Shown piece by piece: positions 11,910-24,890 of a stretch of DNA of 64,000 nt (positions are counted from its first letter, which is position 1; every line of letters starts with the position of its first letter). Both the position numbers and the translations under genes were made by a program. Under the pieces are notes generated by a model that worked only from the letters and a program-made list of their open reading frames with translations, did no database searches and was not told where the DNA came from. The DNA lies in the NCBI RefSeq assembly GCF_006345805.1, contig NC_042998.1, positions 150,226,001 through 150,290,000 on the forward strand, in the 5' to 3' direction. The stretch is from Octopus sinensis (taxonomy: Eukaryota).

Positions 11910-12229
11910 GGAGACAGAGGTAAGTCCAAAAGAAAAGGAAAGCGGAGGAAAAAATCACCAACAATCCACATGCAATTACATTTTGGCGCCTACAGAAAAC
12001 AGTAGCGCACTAACACGGTGAAGTTGAAAATGCACTCCGAAATCCAAGCTGGAAATCTGAAGAAACCGGATTTTCGATGGCCGGATTTTCGAATGTCAAC
12101 TGTATATATATTTACAGTGTCGGCGCGCCAGTTTTCTCGAGGCGCCGTTTATGTTCTGATACTTATTCCTTCTCATTTTATTCTGCTCGTTCCCTCTCAT
12201 TTTATTTATTTGCTGTTGTATAGCCCCAT

Positions 12230-12510
12230 TATGGATTCAGAAAAGAAAAGAGGTGACGTAGAACGTAAACATTGTGCCTTGTCGATAGCAGAAAAAGTTG
12301 AAATTCTAAAAAAAACCTAATAGCAGTATGTCTATGCGAACTATTTGTGAAATAAACGATATTAGATCTACAACAGTGTCTGATATTAAAAAAACAAAAC
12401 AGAAAGAAAAAATGTTAAAGTTCTTTTCTGACAGTGGACCAAAAAAGCAAGTATTTGTAAGGAAGTCAATGACGTAGGGAAAAAGTTCGGAAATGGACCA
12501 AGTTCTCATA
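12230..12510 (+). pseudogene. pogo/Tigger-type transposase N-terminal HTH fragment
   Basis: MDSEKKRGDVERKHCALSIAEKVEILKK..(frameshift)..SMRTICEINDIRSTTVSDIKK...RKSMT*GKSSEMDQVL has the CENP-B/psq HTH pattern. TIR-like GGATTTTCGAATGTCAACTG|TA ends at about 12101. Confidence 0.7.
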
Positions 12511-12718
12511 TTTTATTTAGTTGAAATAAAATTCCGTACAACTATTCTATTTTGTTAGTGAACATTAAAATTTCATTTACTTTTCATTTAGTGTTTAACT
12601 TCCTCTCTTTAAAGGACTGCACAGGTTGTAATTTTCTGTTAAATATATACAGCATACTAAACCATAAAAAATTCGGCATTTTTTAAAATCCTGCACTCAG
12701 GTTCGGAGGTTGCTGGAT

Positions 12719-12799
<81 letters not shown>

Positions 12800-13319
12800 T
12801 ATGTATGTATGTATGTATGTATGTATGTATGTATGATGTATGTATGTATGTATGTATATTAAAAATTCAAGGAGTAAAAATTTAAGGAATAAAAATTCAA
12901 GGAATAAACGTTTAAAGAAAAAAAATTTAAGAGAAAAAAATACGAGTAAAAATTACGAATAAAAGTTACGAATAACGAATAACGAATTGCGAATAAACAA
13001 ATACGAAGTAGAAATGAAATAATGATGAAATAATAATGAAATAAAAATAGAGACGGTAATAAAGCGAATGTTAACTTATCTTTTCTTTTCTCGGCGAAAA
13101 TTAGACATAGCTTTCATCAAATTATGATAGCTTCCTTAAACATGCAACCTGTTATATTGATGCATTAATTAAGGCGGGATATAAAGAAGGATTAGATTTT
13201 ACAGTAATAATATAAATGGCAAAAATTATATAAAAGACAATAACGCTAAAGACCCTAATATCACCCATATAGATACAAATAGAAACGCAAATATATTTAT
13301 AAATAAAAATAAGAACAAA

Positions 13320-13425
<106 letters not shown>

Positions 13426-13495
13426 TCAGATAATAATAAGATAATAATCAGATAAGACACAACACACACAAATGAAAGAGAAAAAATAAAAAAAA

Positions 13496-15063
13496 GAATA
13501 TTATAGACGAGTTAGATAAATACTAAAAACAGAGCTCAATGCTAAAAACAAGATAATAGGTATTAATACTTTAGCCGTCTCAGTTATAAGCTACAGCTAC
13601 AATATCCTTAACTGGACACGAAATGAACTGATCAAAATAGATAGGAAAACAAGAAAAATAATGACAGGATCTAGGATGCATCACCCAAAATCTGACATAG
13701 AAAGGCTATATATACAACATATAGAAGGTGGTAGAGGCCTTATACAGCTGGAAAACTACTATAAAATAACCACCATAGGACTGCAAAAATATCTACTTCA
13801 GAAGGAAGGAAAACTGATACAAATAGCGGCATAACACGAGCAAAACAAAAAACTGTTCTCAGTATTTAAGGAAGCTGACAAATACAAACAAGAAATCATA
13901 CCACCTAACAAATATGAAGAAGAAGAAGAAGAAGAAGAAGAAGAAGAAGAAGAAGAAGAAGAAGAAGAAGAAGAAGAAGAAGAAGAAGAAGAAGAAGAAG
14001 AAGAAGAAGCTATAAAACAAATGAAATCCAAACTAAAAATAGAACAGCAACGCAGAGACAGAAGGATTTTTAATTGCTGCACAAGACCAAAGCCTCCCCA
14101 CCAGAAATACCAAAAACATGTAATGAAAATAACAAGTAACTGCAGGATATGTGGTGATGGACAAGAAACAATAAATCATATTATCTCTGGCTGCCCAGTC
14201 CTGGTTAAGAAGGAATATATTCACAGACACGACATAGTTGGGACCTATATACACTGGAAACTATGCCAACATTATGGAATAACAACAGAAAAAGATGGTA
14301 TAGGCACACACCAGAAAAGGTCACAGAAAACGAGAAAGCAACCATACTCTGGTATATGCCAATACACACAGATAGAGAAATTAAGACCAACAAACCAGAT
14401 ATAGTTGTCAGAGATCATGAAGAAAAAATGTTTTCTAATTGGTGTATCAATACTAGTGGATGACAACGTGTCTCTAAAAGAAATGCAGAAACTTTCAAAA
14501 TACAAAGACCTGGAAATAGAGGTAACCAGAATGTGGAATCTAAAAGCAGAAACAATTCCTATCATAATAGGTGCATGAGGCATGATAAAAAAATATTCAG
14601 ACAAATACATAACAAAACCACCAGGACTTACAAACACATATAACATACAGAAAATTGCACTACTAGGCACTGCACACATCCTACGCAGAACACTTTCAAT
14701 ACAGTAACCATCAAAGCATCACAACAAATCACAGCACATACCCAAGGCACACAGAGCTGCGCTCGGTAGTGAAGTGAAAGGCGTAGTGAAGGCGGCGAGC
14801 TGGCAGAAACGTTAGCACGCCGGGCGAAATGCTTAGCGGTATTTCGTCTACGTTACGTTGTGAGTTCAAATTCCGCCGAGATCGACTTTGCCTTTCATCC
14901 TTTCGGGGTCGATAAATTAAGTACCAGTTACGCACTGGGGTCGATGTAATCGACTTAATACCTATGTCTGTCCTTGTTTGTCCCCTCTGTGTTTAGCTCC
15001 TTGTGGGTAATAAAGAAATAGGTAGTGAAGTGAAAGCACGCTATAAAAATAAAACTACTGAAT
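13496..15063 (+). mobile_element. R4/Dong-clade RLE non-LTR retrotransposon, 5'-truncated
   Basis: ELNAKNKIIGINTLAV, HPKSDIERLY..GGRGL, CCHC knuckle CRICGDGQETINHIISGC (14141-14194), RHD, KPDIVVRD, KLSKYKDLEIEVTRMW. Contains stops, frameshifts and a (GAA)n at 13916-14008; flanked by (TAA)n on both sides. Confidence 0.88.
14781..15020 (+). mobile_element. SINE family C in the Dong 3' UTR, 16-bp TSD
   Basis: GGTAGTGAAGTGAAAG at 14765-14780 and 15021-15036. The empty site is seen in the copy at 411-641. Confidence 0.9.
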
Positions 15064-15082
15064 GATAATAATAATAATAATC

Positions 15083-15152
<70 letters not shown>

Positions 15153-15730
15153 CAACAACAACAACTCTAATAGAGAAAAATATCGAACTATTATCGAGCA
15201 CAGAGAGCATACAATAAACTCAAAGAATAAAAAGAATAAAAACATAAATACTAAGACGAAATGGTAGCTTTAACTCAGATCAACCTATAAATAATAATGT
15301 TAATAAACACATGAAAACTAGTAACATAAACATAAATAATAATAATAAAATCTGGTTAATCGTCCCTTACGGTGCCCAGGTTAAAAATAATATTATAAAT
15401 GAAATTATTAATATAATAGAATTACTTACTATGGAAAATAAAAAAAATATATTATAATTTTTTCTAAAAATAATATAGGAGCAGGATACTCAACTCCTAG
15501 CAATGTAGGTAATATTATATCAGCATTAAATAAATAAAAGTTGAATAAATTTTATTTCAATAAACTAAATAATAATCCAAATAATAATGGTAATAACTTA
15601 ATATATTGTAATTGTAGGGACAAAAATAATTTTAATTTTAATAATAAATGTAACTTAAAGGACGTAGTATATAAATGTGTGGTGTCTTTAATGGCCAAAG
15701 AGAAGGTAATAATAATAATAATAATAATAA

Positions 15731-15772
<42 letters not shown>

Positions 15773-15793
15773 TATAATAATAATAATAATAAT

Positions 15794-15878
15794 ATGAATT
15801 TCCAACTTGTTGTCCTTTGAGGTCTCTGGGTAAGACTTGGAGCCAATTTGTACAAATGTAAAGCAAAAGTCAAACATA

Positions 15879-15879
<1 letters not shown>
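15794..15879 (+). mobile_element. Short retroposon 3' end embedded in (TAA)n (family D3)
   Basis: 86-bp unique island ending GCAAAAGTCAAACATAGAATAATAAT. It interrupts the PLE endonuclease between VVYKC and YSGSTS. Confidence 0.55.
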
Positions 15880-15919
<40 letters not shown>

Positions 15920-16794
15920 GTGGCGAAAATTCATATATGACATATAGTGGTTCTACATCTAATAAAATTAACCAAGGAATAGCGCAGCATTTGTATTCCT
16001 TCAAAAATACGAAAATTATTGAATTCGACAGGCTTGTAAATATATTTGGGGATTAAAATCCAAAGAAATTAGCTACAAATTAAAATGGAAGATAATATGT
16101 AAAGCTAAATCATATAGAATAGGGAATAAGTTCTGTTTGTGGTGTACTCACGAATTTCTGGAAATCTTAAAGGCCAAAATAATATCGCTCAATACCCAAG
16201 ACGAACGAAAACTTTAATACAGACAGGGTAAATTGTTTAATAAATAAGATGAGTTAAGATTTGATTCTTTAGTAAATAAACTAAACCTTATTTATAAAGT
16301 ATGAAAACTTTATTCATATTTTTAGGTAATGTTATAATTATAATTATACATCCGTTATTACTAGAAAGTAGCACTTAGTTATACAAAAATATATAATATT
16401 AATTGGTTAATTTACAATACTTTAGTTTTTTAATTAAATTGTTAGCCGCACGCTACACAATTTTAATTGTAATTGAAATTTTTAAACTTAAAATTTGAAA
16501 TTTAGTTTGAATGTAACGTGAAATATTTAAGAATAATAATATAAAAAATAGATATTAAATTATATAAAACGTAAGTCTTATGTATCCCCAAATATTTGAA
16601 TTGAGAGTCTAAAGAAGTAACTTACCAAGTTGTTTTTTTGCGATAATACATAGATTGAATAAATTAAACAACGATAAAAGTGGCTTTTTCCCGTGATGCA
16701 TTCATTTCCGGTTCCCCTGACTGTACTATATAAAGGAATAGATACACCAGTAGAACTTTCTGACATTTATTTGAAGTATCTCCTATACATGGAA

Positions 16795-17244
16795 GCACTC
16801 CGTCGGTTACGACGGCGAGGGTTCCCGTTGATCCGATCAACGGAACAGCCTGCTCGTGAAATTATCGTGTAAGTGGCTGAGCACTCCACAGACACGTGTA
16901 CCCTTAACGTAGTTCTCGGGGATATTCAGCGGGACACAGAGAGTGACAAGGCCGGCCCTTTGAAATACAGGTACAACAGAAACAGGAAGTAAGAGTGAGA
17001 GAAAGTTGTGGTGAAAGAGTACAGCAGGGATCACCAGTCCCTTCAGCTGGCAAAAATGTGTTGTACCTGCAATTCAAAGAACCAGCCTTGACACATTCTG
17101 CATCACGCTGAATCTTCTTGAGAACTACATTAAGAGTATGCGTTTCTGTGGAATACTCAGCCACTTGCACGTTAATTTCACGAGCAGGCTGTTCCGTTGA
17201 TCGGATCAACTGGAACCATCGTCGTCGTCGTAACCGACAGAGCG
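16795..17244. mobile_element. Two family B SINE fragments in inverted orientation
   Basis: 16795-16979 and 17059-17244 are reverse-complement homologues; both match 39196-39503. Confidence 0.85.
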
Positions 17245-17254
17245 CAAGTTAAGT

Positions 17255-17426
17255 TGCTATGTGGTAAGAAACTTGCTTCTCAACCACATGGTTCTGGGTT
17301 CATTCCCACTACGTGGCACCTTGGGTAAGTGTCTTCAACTATAGTCTTGGGCCGTCCAAAGGCTTGTGAGTGGATTTAGTAGATTGAAAACTGGAAGGAT
17401 CGCGCCCGTCGTATAAATATATACAT

Positions 17427-17457
<31 letters not shown>

Positions 17458-17458
17458 T

Positions 17459-17518
<60 letters not shown>

Positions 17519-17583
17519 AACTTATTTAGAAATGGATGCGTGGCGTTCGATCACATAATAATATAATAATATATATATATATT

Positions 17584-17628
<45 letters not shown>

Positions 17629-17867
17629 GCATATATACATATAGGTACATACCTACATATATGTATATATACATGCATATATGTATACAGGACGTCAAAA
17701 AAACGTGAACAAAATAAAAAACGAGTACATAAAAACAAAAACATGGAAAACTAACTTTTCGAAACGCGGAATAGATAAAACAGGGGACAACTGATGAAGG
17801 GATTTTTCTTTATGTTGCTGGTCTCGTTTCACTATCGTTTCTTTCGTTGTTCGTATGTATGTATATA

Positions 17868-17903
<36 letters not shown>

Positions 17904-17910
17904 ATTTATA

Positions 17911-17951
<41 letters not shown>

Positions 17952-17953
17952 AG

Positions 17954-18031
<78 letters not shown>

Positions 18032-18192
18032 ATTTATAATATATATATATATATATATTAGCAGTTCGGCAAGAGCCCAATACATAACTACTAGGCTCAC
18101 AAAGAATAACTCCTGGGATCGATTTGTTCGACTAAGGCGGTGCTCCAGCATGACCACAGTCAAAGGACTGAAGCAAGTAGAAAAATAAAAGA
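17255..18192 (+). mobile_element. SINE family A split by an expanded internal microsatellite and insert
   Basis: 5' half at 17255-17415, 3' half at 18058-18192. Confidence 0.6.
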
Positions 18193-18194
18193 AT

Positions 18195-18279
<85 letters not shown>

Positions 18280-19477
18280 GGTGTCAGATTTGGTCAAGGG
18301 GAATTCCTTCTAAGACAGATTTAAAATAAATCCTGCAGCCTAAAAGCATTTAAACTTATATTAAGTATGCGACATCAATATATATTTATATTATTAAAGT
18401 TGCTCCTAACTAAAAATTTAGTTTTATATCTAGACACGAATGTGTGTGTGTGTGCGCGCGCGCGCGTGTGTGTGAGTGTGTTTTAAATCTTTATTTGCTT
18501 TCATCAGTGTATCTCACTTGCGTGATAACGTCTTTGGTCTGTTTAACTATAGAGGTTGGAGAACCCTAACATCTTCTGTTAAGTATTCTTGTGTTATAAT
18601 ATTGTGTTAATGAGGGTGTCATCTCTTCTGGAGCGTTAAATAGAAACACTTTATAAAATTTGAGTTTTGAATTATTGTTCTGTCACTTTTGTCGTCTTTT
18701 AAACATAATGCCATTTCCTTCTCCATCCGTGCTTCGTTTGAACATTTCTCATTTTGATTGTGTAAGTGTTTTATTAGAACTTTGTTCTATTGCGAGTGCT
18801 AGTTCTATCTCGCAATATCATTGGTTCTTCTTCATAAGAAAAGTTCCTACTTTATCAGAGATGTACTCCACCTTGTAAATTTTTTAGGTGAAAAGCACTA
18901 GAAAAACACCAAAGGAAGCACGTTTTCTATCTCTAATTTTGCCGAAACGTAAGACTTCAGTATCCGTTTCTGGTATATTGCAAGAAATGTGCAAATGTAT
19001 TGCTTATGAGAAATGAAAATCGCCTAGGGGAGGATGACACGACGAATGCGTTAGATGCCATGGCAAATCGGAAAGCCAAAATGGTTCCACTAACACGTAT
19101 TTCTGGAGCCTTATCACCGCAATCATGTGATTTTAGCGAGTTATAAATAAACACAGACCAAACGGAGATTCGTAATAAAATACCGAAGTTTGTAAGGAAC
19201 TGGAGGAAGTCTGGGAGTGGTTATGGTAGATCATTGTAAAATGTTTGAAAAGTTGGACACGTTTACAGTTTGGTTAATGAAGCGGAAAGAAGATTAATAT
19301 TTGAGCTACAGAGAACGATATCTGAGAACATCTACGTTCAAATATGTTTGATGATAAAAGTTGGGATTGTAGAAGAACTTTTAGATTGAAATCTAGCACC
19401 ACCAGAATTATTGTTCAAACATTTTTCTGGTGTTCCGAGGGGGAGAATGATAAGAACCTTTTATCTTTTGTCGTTCA

Positions 19478-19602
19478 CTTGTTTCAGTCATTAGATTCCA
19501 GCCACTCTGGAGCACTGCTATGAAGAATCCTGGTCGATAGAGTAAGGCTGATGCTTGCTCTATCAGTCACTTTTGTCAACACAGACACGCGTATGCACAC
19601 GC

Positions 19603-19684
<82 letters not shown>

Positions 19685-19785
19685 GATGGGCTTCTGTCAG
19701 TTTCCGTCTACCAAATCCTTTCACAAGTCTTTAGTCGGCCCGAGGCTATAGAAGAAGTCACAAGCCCAATGTACCACGCCGTGGA
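19478..19785 (-). mobile_element. SINE family A, degenerate
   Basis: Family A blocks on either side of a (CA)n. Confidence 0.7.
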
Positions 19786-20034
19786 CTTTATGCTCTTTTT
19801 ATTACATTCGAACAGATCCATAATGGCTATAATCATCTGATATTATTTCAGTAGATAACTGGTATATATGACACACACACACACGTATATAAAGGAACTT
19901 AAGCATTCCCCCCAACCCAGTTCGACTACTCGCACTAGGCATAACCGTTTTACATGTTAACGTTAACAATATTCTTCATTATTTACATTATTTACATTCG
20001 ACGGATATTTGTCGTCATCTTGTTTCTTGTTAAC

Positions 20035-20077
20035 ACAACGTGTCGGCTGATATACCCTCCAGCCTTCTTCAGGTGTC
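20035..20077 (-). ncRNA. Hammerhead-like motif (degenerate) in a PLE-type terminal repeat
   Basis: GACAC CTGAAGA A GGCTG GAGGGTATAT CAGCC GACA C GTT G TG; GAAA is mutated and stem I is weak. Confidence 0.4.
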
Positions 20078-20124
20078 TTGGGGAAATTTTGAACCTGGGT
20101 TCTCATTCCTAAAGTATTTTTCGA

Positions 20125-20166
<42 letters not shown>

Positions 20167-20505
20167 ATGTAAATAATCTGCGTAATTCCTCATCTCTTAA
20201 ATATAGAACTGTAATATTCTTCATCTAATGAATTAAAGGGATTTTCCCCTTTACCCTGAACGTTTTCTTCAATTTTTTAGTGTTTCTTTTTCTTTCGCAT
20301 TTCCTCCCGGAACAACGATGTCATTTCAGCCGGAATGATTGCCTGACCATGCACGGTATGCTACACAATCCTGTCCGATTATTGCACTATCCAAATATGA
20401 AACTTGAAGTAACTCACGTATAGCTCCTGTATTCATTAAATTATATTTATTTTTCTTTGGAGTGAGCATGCCATTACGGATCCTGTCAGTAAGCGAACAC
20501 ACGCA

Positions 20506-20990
20506 GGAAAGCCTTCTTTTTTCTGTCAAGAACTTATATGGCCCGTTATTAGACTATTTTCCTTAGACATTGCACGGTGATCAGCATAAGCGTTAAGCTT
20601 ATATAAAAATACCATCATTATTATTTACAGGAATGTAAAATACGGCGTCGTATAACAAAACCATGCGCACTGAAAGCATATATAGAAAGTTTGTTTACAT
20701 ATAACAAATACGAACTAATATAGTTCTTAAAGCTGACAGCAAGGGGGAGGTTAATTCAATGGTGAAAAGGAAACACACTTAGTTGCGTTAACAAAGAGAT
20801 GTGGGTTCGAGTCCCACGAGGATAGGAAAGCCTTCTTTTTTTTCTGTCGAAAACTTATATGCCTCGTTATTAGATTGTTTTCTTTAGTCATAGCACGGAG
20901 TTCGCCATAAGCTTTAAGCTTATACAAAAATATCATTATTATTATTAGTTACAGGACTGTAAAACCCGGCACCGTATAACTAAACCATTT
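20506..20990 (+). repeat. Diverged ~165-bp direct duplication, second copy preceded by a tRNA-like head
   Basis: 20506-20667 versus 20825-20990; GGTTCGAGTCC at about 20803. Confidence 0.7.
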
Positions 20991-21831
20991 GTGTGTATGT
21001 ATGTATAATAAATGTGTTTTTTTTTTAAGGCTTAAGGTTGTATCATGCGCGGGGACATAGAAATAATCGGACTGAATACCCGATCGCGCAGTTAAACCAT
21101 TGGGAGTGAAGGACTCCTAGCCTTTGTTAGGGCATCCTTCTAGGAGAAGGTAACTCAGGTAACTGGGATAGCTCCGACATAAAATCTGCGGCTCAGTGGT
21201 TACCGATGATGTTGACTTGTTCTTCTTTTCGGATTATGGCTGCTGTTGCTTAGTGAGTGGGATTGAATCAGTGCACAGCCTTTCCTCACTTTAAAAAAAA
21301 TCTTCTTGCACAGGCATTGCACGATAGCAACATTGTTCATGATTATTGATAGTGCTGTGAGTCTCAACTGAATAGCTGGCTGTAGACTTAAAAAGCAAAT
21401 AAAAGTCACATTCGATCTCAGCACCAATAACAGTTAAGTTTCGTGCAATTGCCATACTCGATAACGAGGGGGCAGTCATCATGTATGTATGTATGTATGT
21501 ATGTATGTATGTATGTATGTATGTATGTATGTATGTATGTATGTATGTATGTATGTACACCCGGCATCATGGTGGGACTGTGATGAGGCGAAATGCATGA
21601 TTACATAATATCTCTACTTGCTATGTAATTATTTCGGCATTTTGTTGAAAGGCGTGTATCTCTTATAAAGCTTTGAATATCACAGCTGTTTTCTACTTAT
21701 TATTTCTGTCCGCTATTTGGCTCCTGCTTCACAGTCTACCCTATCTCGAGTTTGATACTCTACATCTTATTATACTGGAGACCGGAGTGGATTGTGGAGC
21801 CCACTACCAAGTTCGATTTCGGTTCTCTTTC

Positions 21832-22215
21832 TCTTTCTCTTTTACTTGTTTCAGTCATTTGACTGCGGCCATGCTGGAGCACAGCCTTTAATCGAGCAAC
21901 TCGACCCCGGGACTTATTCTTTGTAAGCCCAGTACTTATTCTATCGGTCTCTTTTTTGCCGAACCGCTAAGTGACGGGGACGTAAACACACCAGCATCAA
22001 TTGTCAAGCAATGCTAGGGGGACAAACACAGACACACAAACACACACATATATATATATACATATATACGACAGGCTTCTTTCAGTTTCCGTCTACCAAA
22101 TCCACTCACAAGGCATTGGTCGGCCCGGGGCTATAGCAGAAGACACTTGCCCAAGATGCCACGCAGTGGGACTGAACCCGGAACCATGTGGTTGGTTAGC
22201 AAGCTACTTACCACA
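21832..22215 (-). mobile_element. SINE family A, well-preserved full copy
   Basis: Complete head, CORE-like block, internal microsatellite and 3' end. Confidence 0.9.
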
Positions 22216-22262
22216 CATCATACTTTACTGTGCTTCCCTTTATATGCGTGTGCGTGTGTGTG

Positions 22263-22322
<60 letters not shown>

Positions 22323-24634
22323 ATCATCGTCGTCATCCTCCTCCTCATCATTCAACGTTCTTTTTCCATGCTGGCATAGGAAGGACGGTTTGACAAGAGC
22401 AAGCAAGACTGCATCAAGTTCTGCTACTTGCCTTGCCGTGGTTTCTATGGTTGGATGCCCTTCCTAATGCTAACCACTTTACAGAGTGAACTGGGTGCTT
22501 TTTACATGGTGCCAGCAGCTGTAAGGGTACCATCTAACTTGCAGGGCAAGATCCGTCAATTGATGGTTGCTGTATTAAGAGACAGGAAAATGTCTTGCAT
22601 TAGAAGAGAAACATGGTTACTTCAGATGGAGAAGAGAGAGAGGAGAGGAAGATGGTGAAGGAGTGACAAAAAGGAGTAAGGGGCCGTACATCCAAGTTGC
22701 GGGCTAGTGTATATACTGATGTGAACCAGAGATTGGAGAGGGTGTGTAGGTTGGTAAGTTCACAAGATTTCGAAAGGAGAATGGAAGCTAGAGATGGGGA
22801 GAAGGGAAGAGATTTGTGTGCAAGTAGGTAGCTGGACACATGAAGGAGAATGGAGGGATGGGGGAAATGGCGATGGTGAGCTTGGGTGAGTTGTGGGAGA
22901 AGGAGGGAGTCATGAACATAGATTTTACTTTGCAGGGTGGGTCTTCTCAAGCATATCACATCGCCAATTGTTTCGGCTCTGTATCATTTCATGTTGCTCG
23001 ACCTCCGAACATAACTGGTTTTAACAAATCTGGTGGGAAAGATAAATTCGACGTAAGTGATATTTCAACCGTAACATATTTGATTCATTGGACTAATAAT
23101 TTTAGGTTCTTAGTAAATGGAGAGAATATTTAAAGAAAATATCGGTGGTAAGGCAACTTAAAGACTTATCGTCTACTTAAAGAACCAAAAGTACTTGTAA
23201 CCAAAATCTGTTGATTAAGCATCATAAAGAAAAAACTTTTAATGGCTGTATGCTTCACATATATTGATCTCACTTCTTGTGCTGTTAAAGGATCAACAAT
23301 GATTGCGTCTTGGTATATCATTTTTTAAAAATTTACTTTAAACCTTGCCAGTATTATTGGAGTCAACGCGAAAAGATTTTTGTTTGTTTCTTTTTTATTG
23401 CTGTATTCTTCCTCTACATCCTTTGTTAATCTTTTTTTTTGGGGGGGGGGATTCGTATATATTTTACTTCGTTTTAGATATATAGCAATGGCGTTCTAAG
23501 TAAAAAGAAAAGAACGAACGAATTTTTCTCAAAACACAATATTATAATAGCATAAAATCAGCTTGGCGGTGTCCGTTTCCGTTCAAATTCTATCCACAAT
23601 CAACGTGAAATTGGGCATCAAAAAGTGGAAGAAGAGTTAAAGATATACAGTTCAATCTCTACTAAAGAATATGGTGAGATAGTTCCTAATCTACATTACC
23701 TGTGTACAGCCAGGTAAACTGAGCTGTTTGTGAATTAAACATTGTGAATATAGTGCGCTGTGACAAAATACAAATTCTTGCAATTTTGGTCGGTTGCTAG
23801 AGACTTTTATGGTGTGACCATCCAAGCTGTCCTTAATAACTACAAGCTCCATAAGACCATATCTTCGGTTGTAGACTTGGTGATCAACTAGATTTAAGAT
23901 TATGGAACACGAGAGAAAGAATAAAATTTGTAATAAACGCAGCGATTTTTCAGCCTCCAATTTTGTTTTATTGTTTTGACTGGAAGTGGAAATATTAATG
24001 CTCGTGAGACATGCTCAATTTTTAAGAGTTGTAGAACAGAATTTCCGATCGTCTTCCGGATTGTCAATTCTCATCGATAACTGGGATTCATAAACGAACA
24101 ATACCAACAAGTTTATGGTTGTTATATAACGGTGCAATAATTGAACAACATCCTCTGACACTTGTGACATCAATTAATGGACAGAAGAATCTTTAGAATT
24201 ATTAAGTAACAACTCAGAGAACATGTTAGACACTATTTCGAAACATGAAATTAATATCAGTAAAAGAACTGGCACCAACATATTCGATCAATAATTGTAT
24301 CAAACCGTTGTTAAAACCAGCCGGTTTGAACCTTCTTCCAACTTGCTGAAATAACCTGTGCTCTAAACCACGTGACTTCAAATGGAGCTCACATCTATAA
24401 GGGTATATTCCTATATGTATGCACCCCCACACCTCAGTGGTGTCGAGTGGCATTGAAGTAACCACGGAATGTCAAGGTTTCTTATTGTTGGTTTCGAACA
24501 GTGAAGTCTCCAAATCCATCCTGAACATTTCCAGATTTTGACGGCTGCATCTTCTCAATGAATTAATGCCAAAGTATCTTGCTGCTCTTAGTTGAAATTT
24601 GTGCCTATAGTAATAAGAATTATTATCTGATTTC

Positions 24635-24835
24635 TCCGAGGTGGTGGGCTGGTAGAATCGTTAACGCGTTGGACAAAATGCTTAGCGACATTTCGTCCGT
24701 CTTTACGTTCTGAGTTCAATTCCTTTCATTCTTTCGGACTCAATGAAATAAGTACCAGTCGAGCACTGGGGTCGATGCAATTGACTTCCTCCCTCTCCCG
24801 AAATTTCAGGCTTTGTGCCTATAGAATAAAGGGTT
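24635..24835 (+). mobile_element. SINE family C variant
   Basis: Shares AAAATGCTTAGCG..TTCTGAGTTCAA..AAGTACCAG..CACTGGGGTCGATG with other C copies. Confidence 0.75.
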
Positions 24836-24890
24836 GTTATTTTTGCTTATGAAGTACTTTTTCAGAAGTTTATATGTGTGCATATATATA

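Noticed and set aside
16726-16737. TATA box (TATATAAAGG)
   Set aside because: Common in AT-rich DNA; no associated gene or transcript evidence.
20745-20825. Functional tRNA gene
   Set aside because: Has a B-box, but the acceptor and anticodon stems do not pair convincingly.
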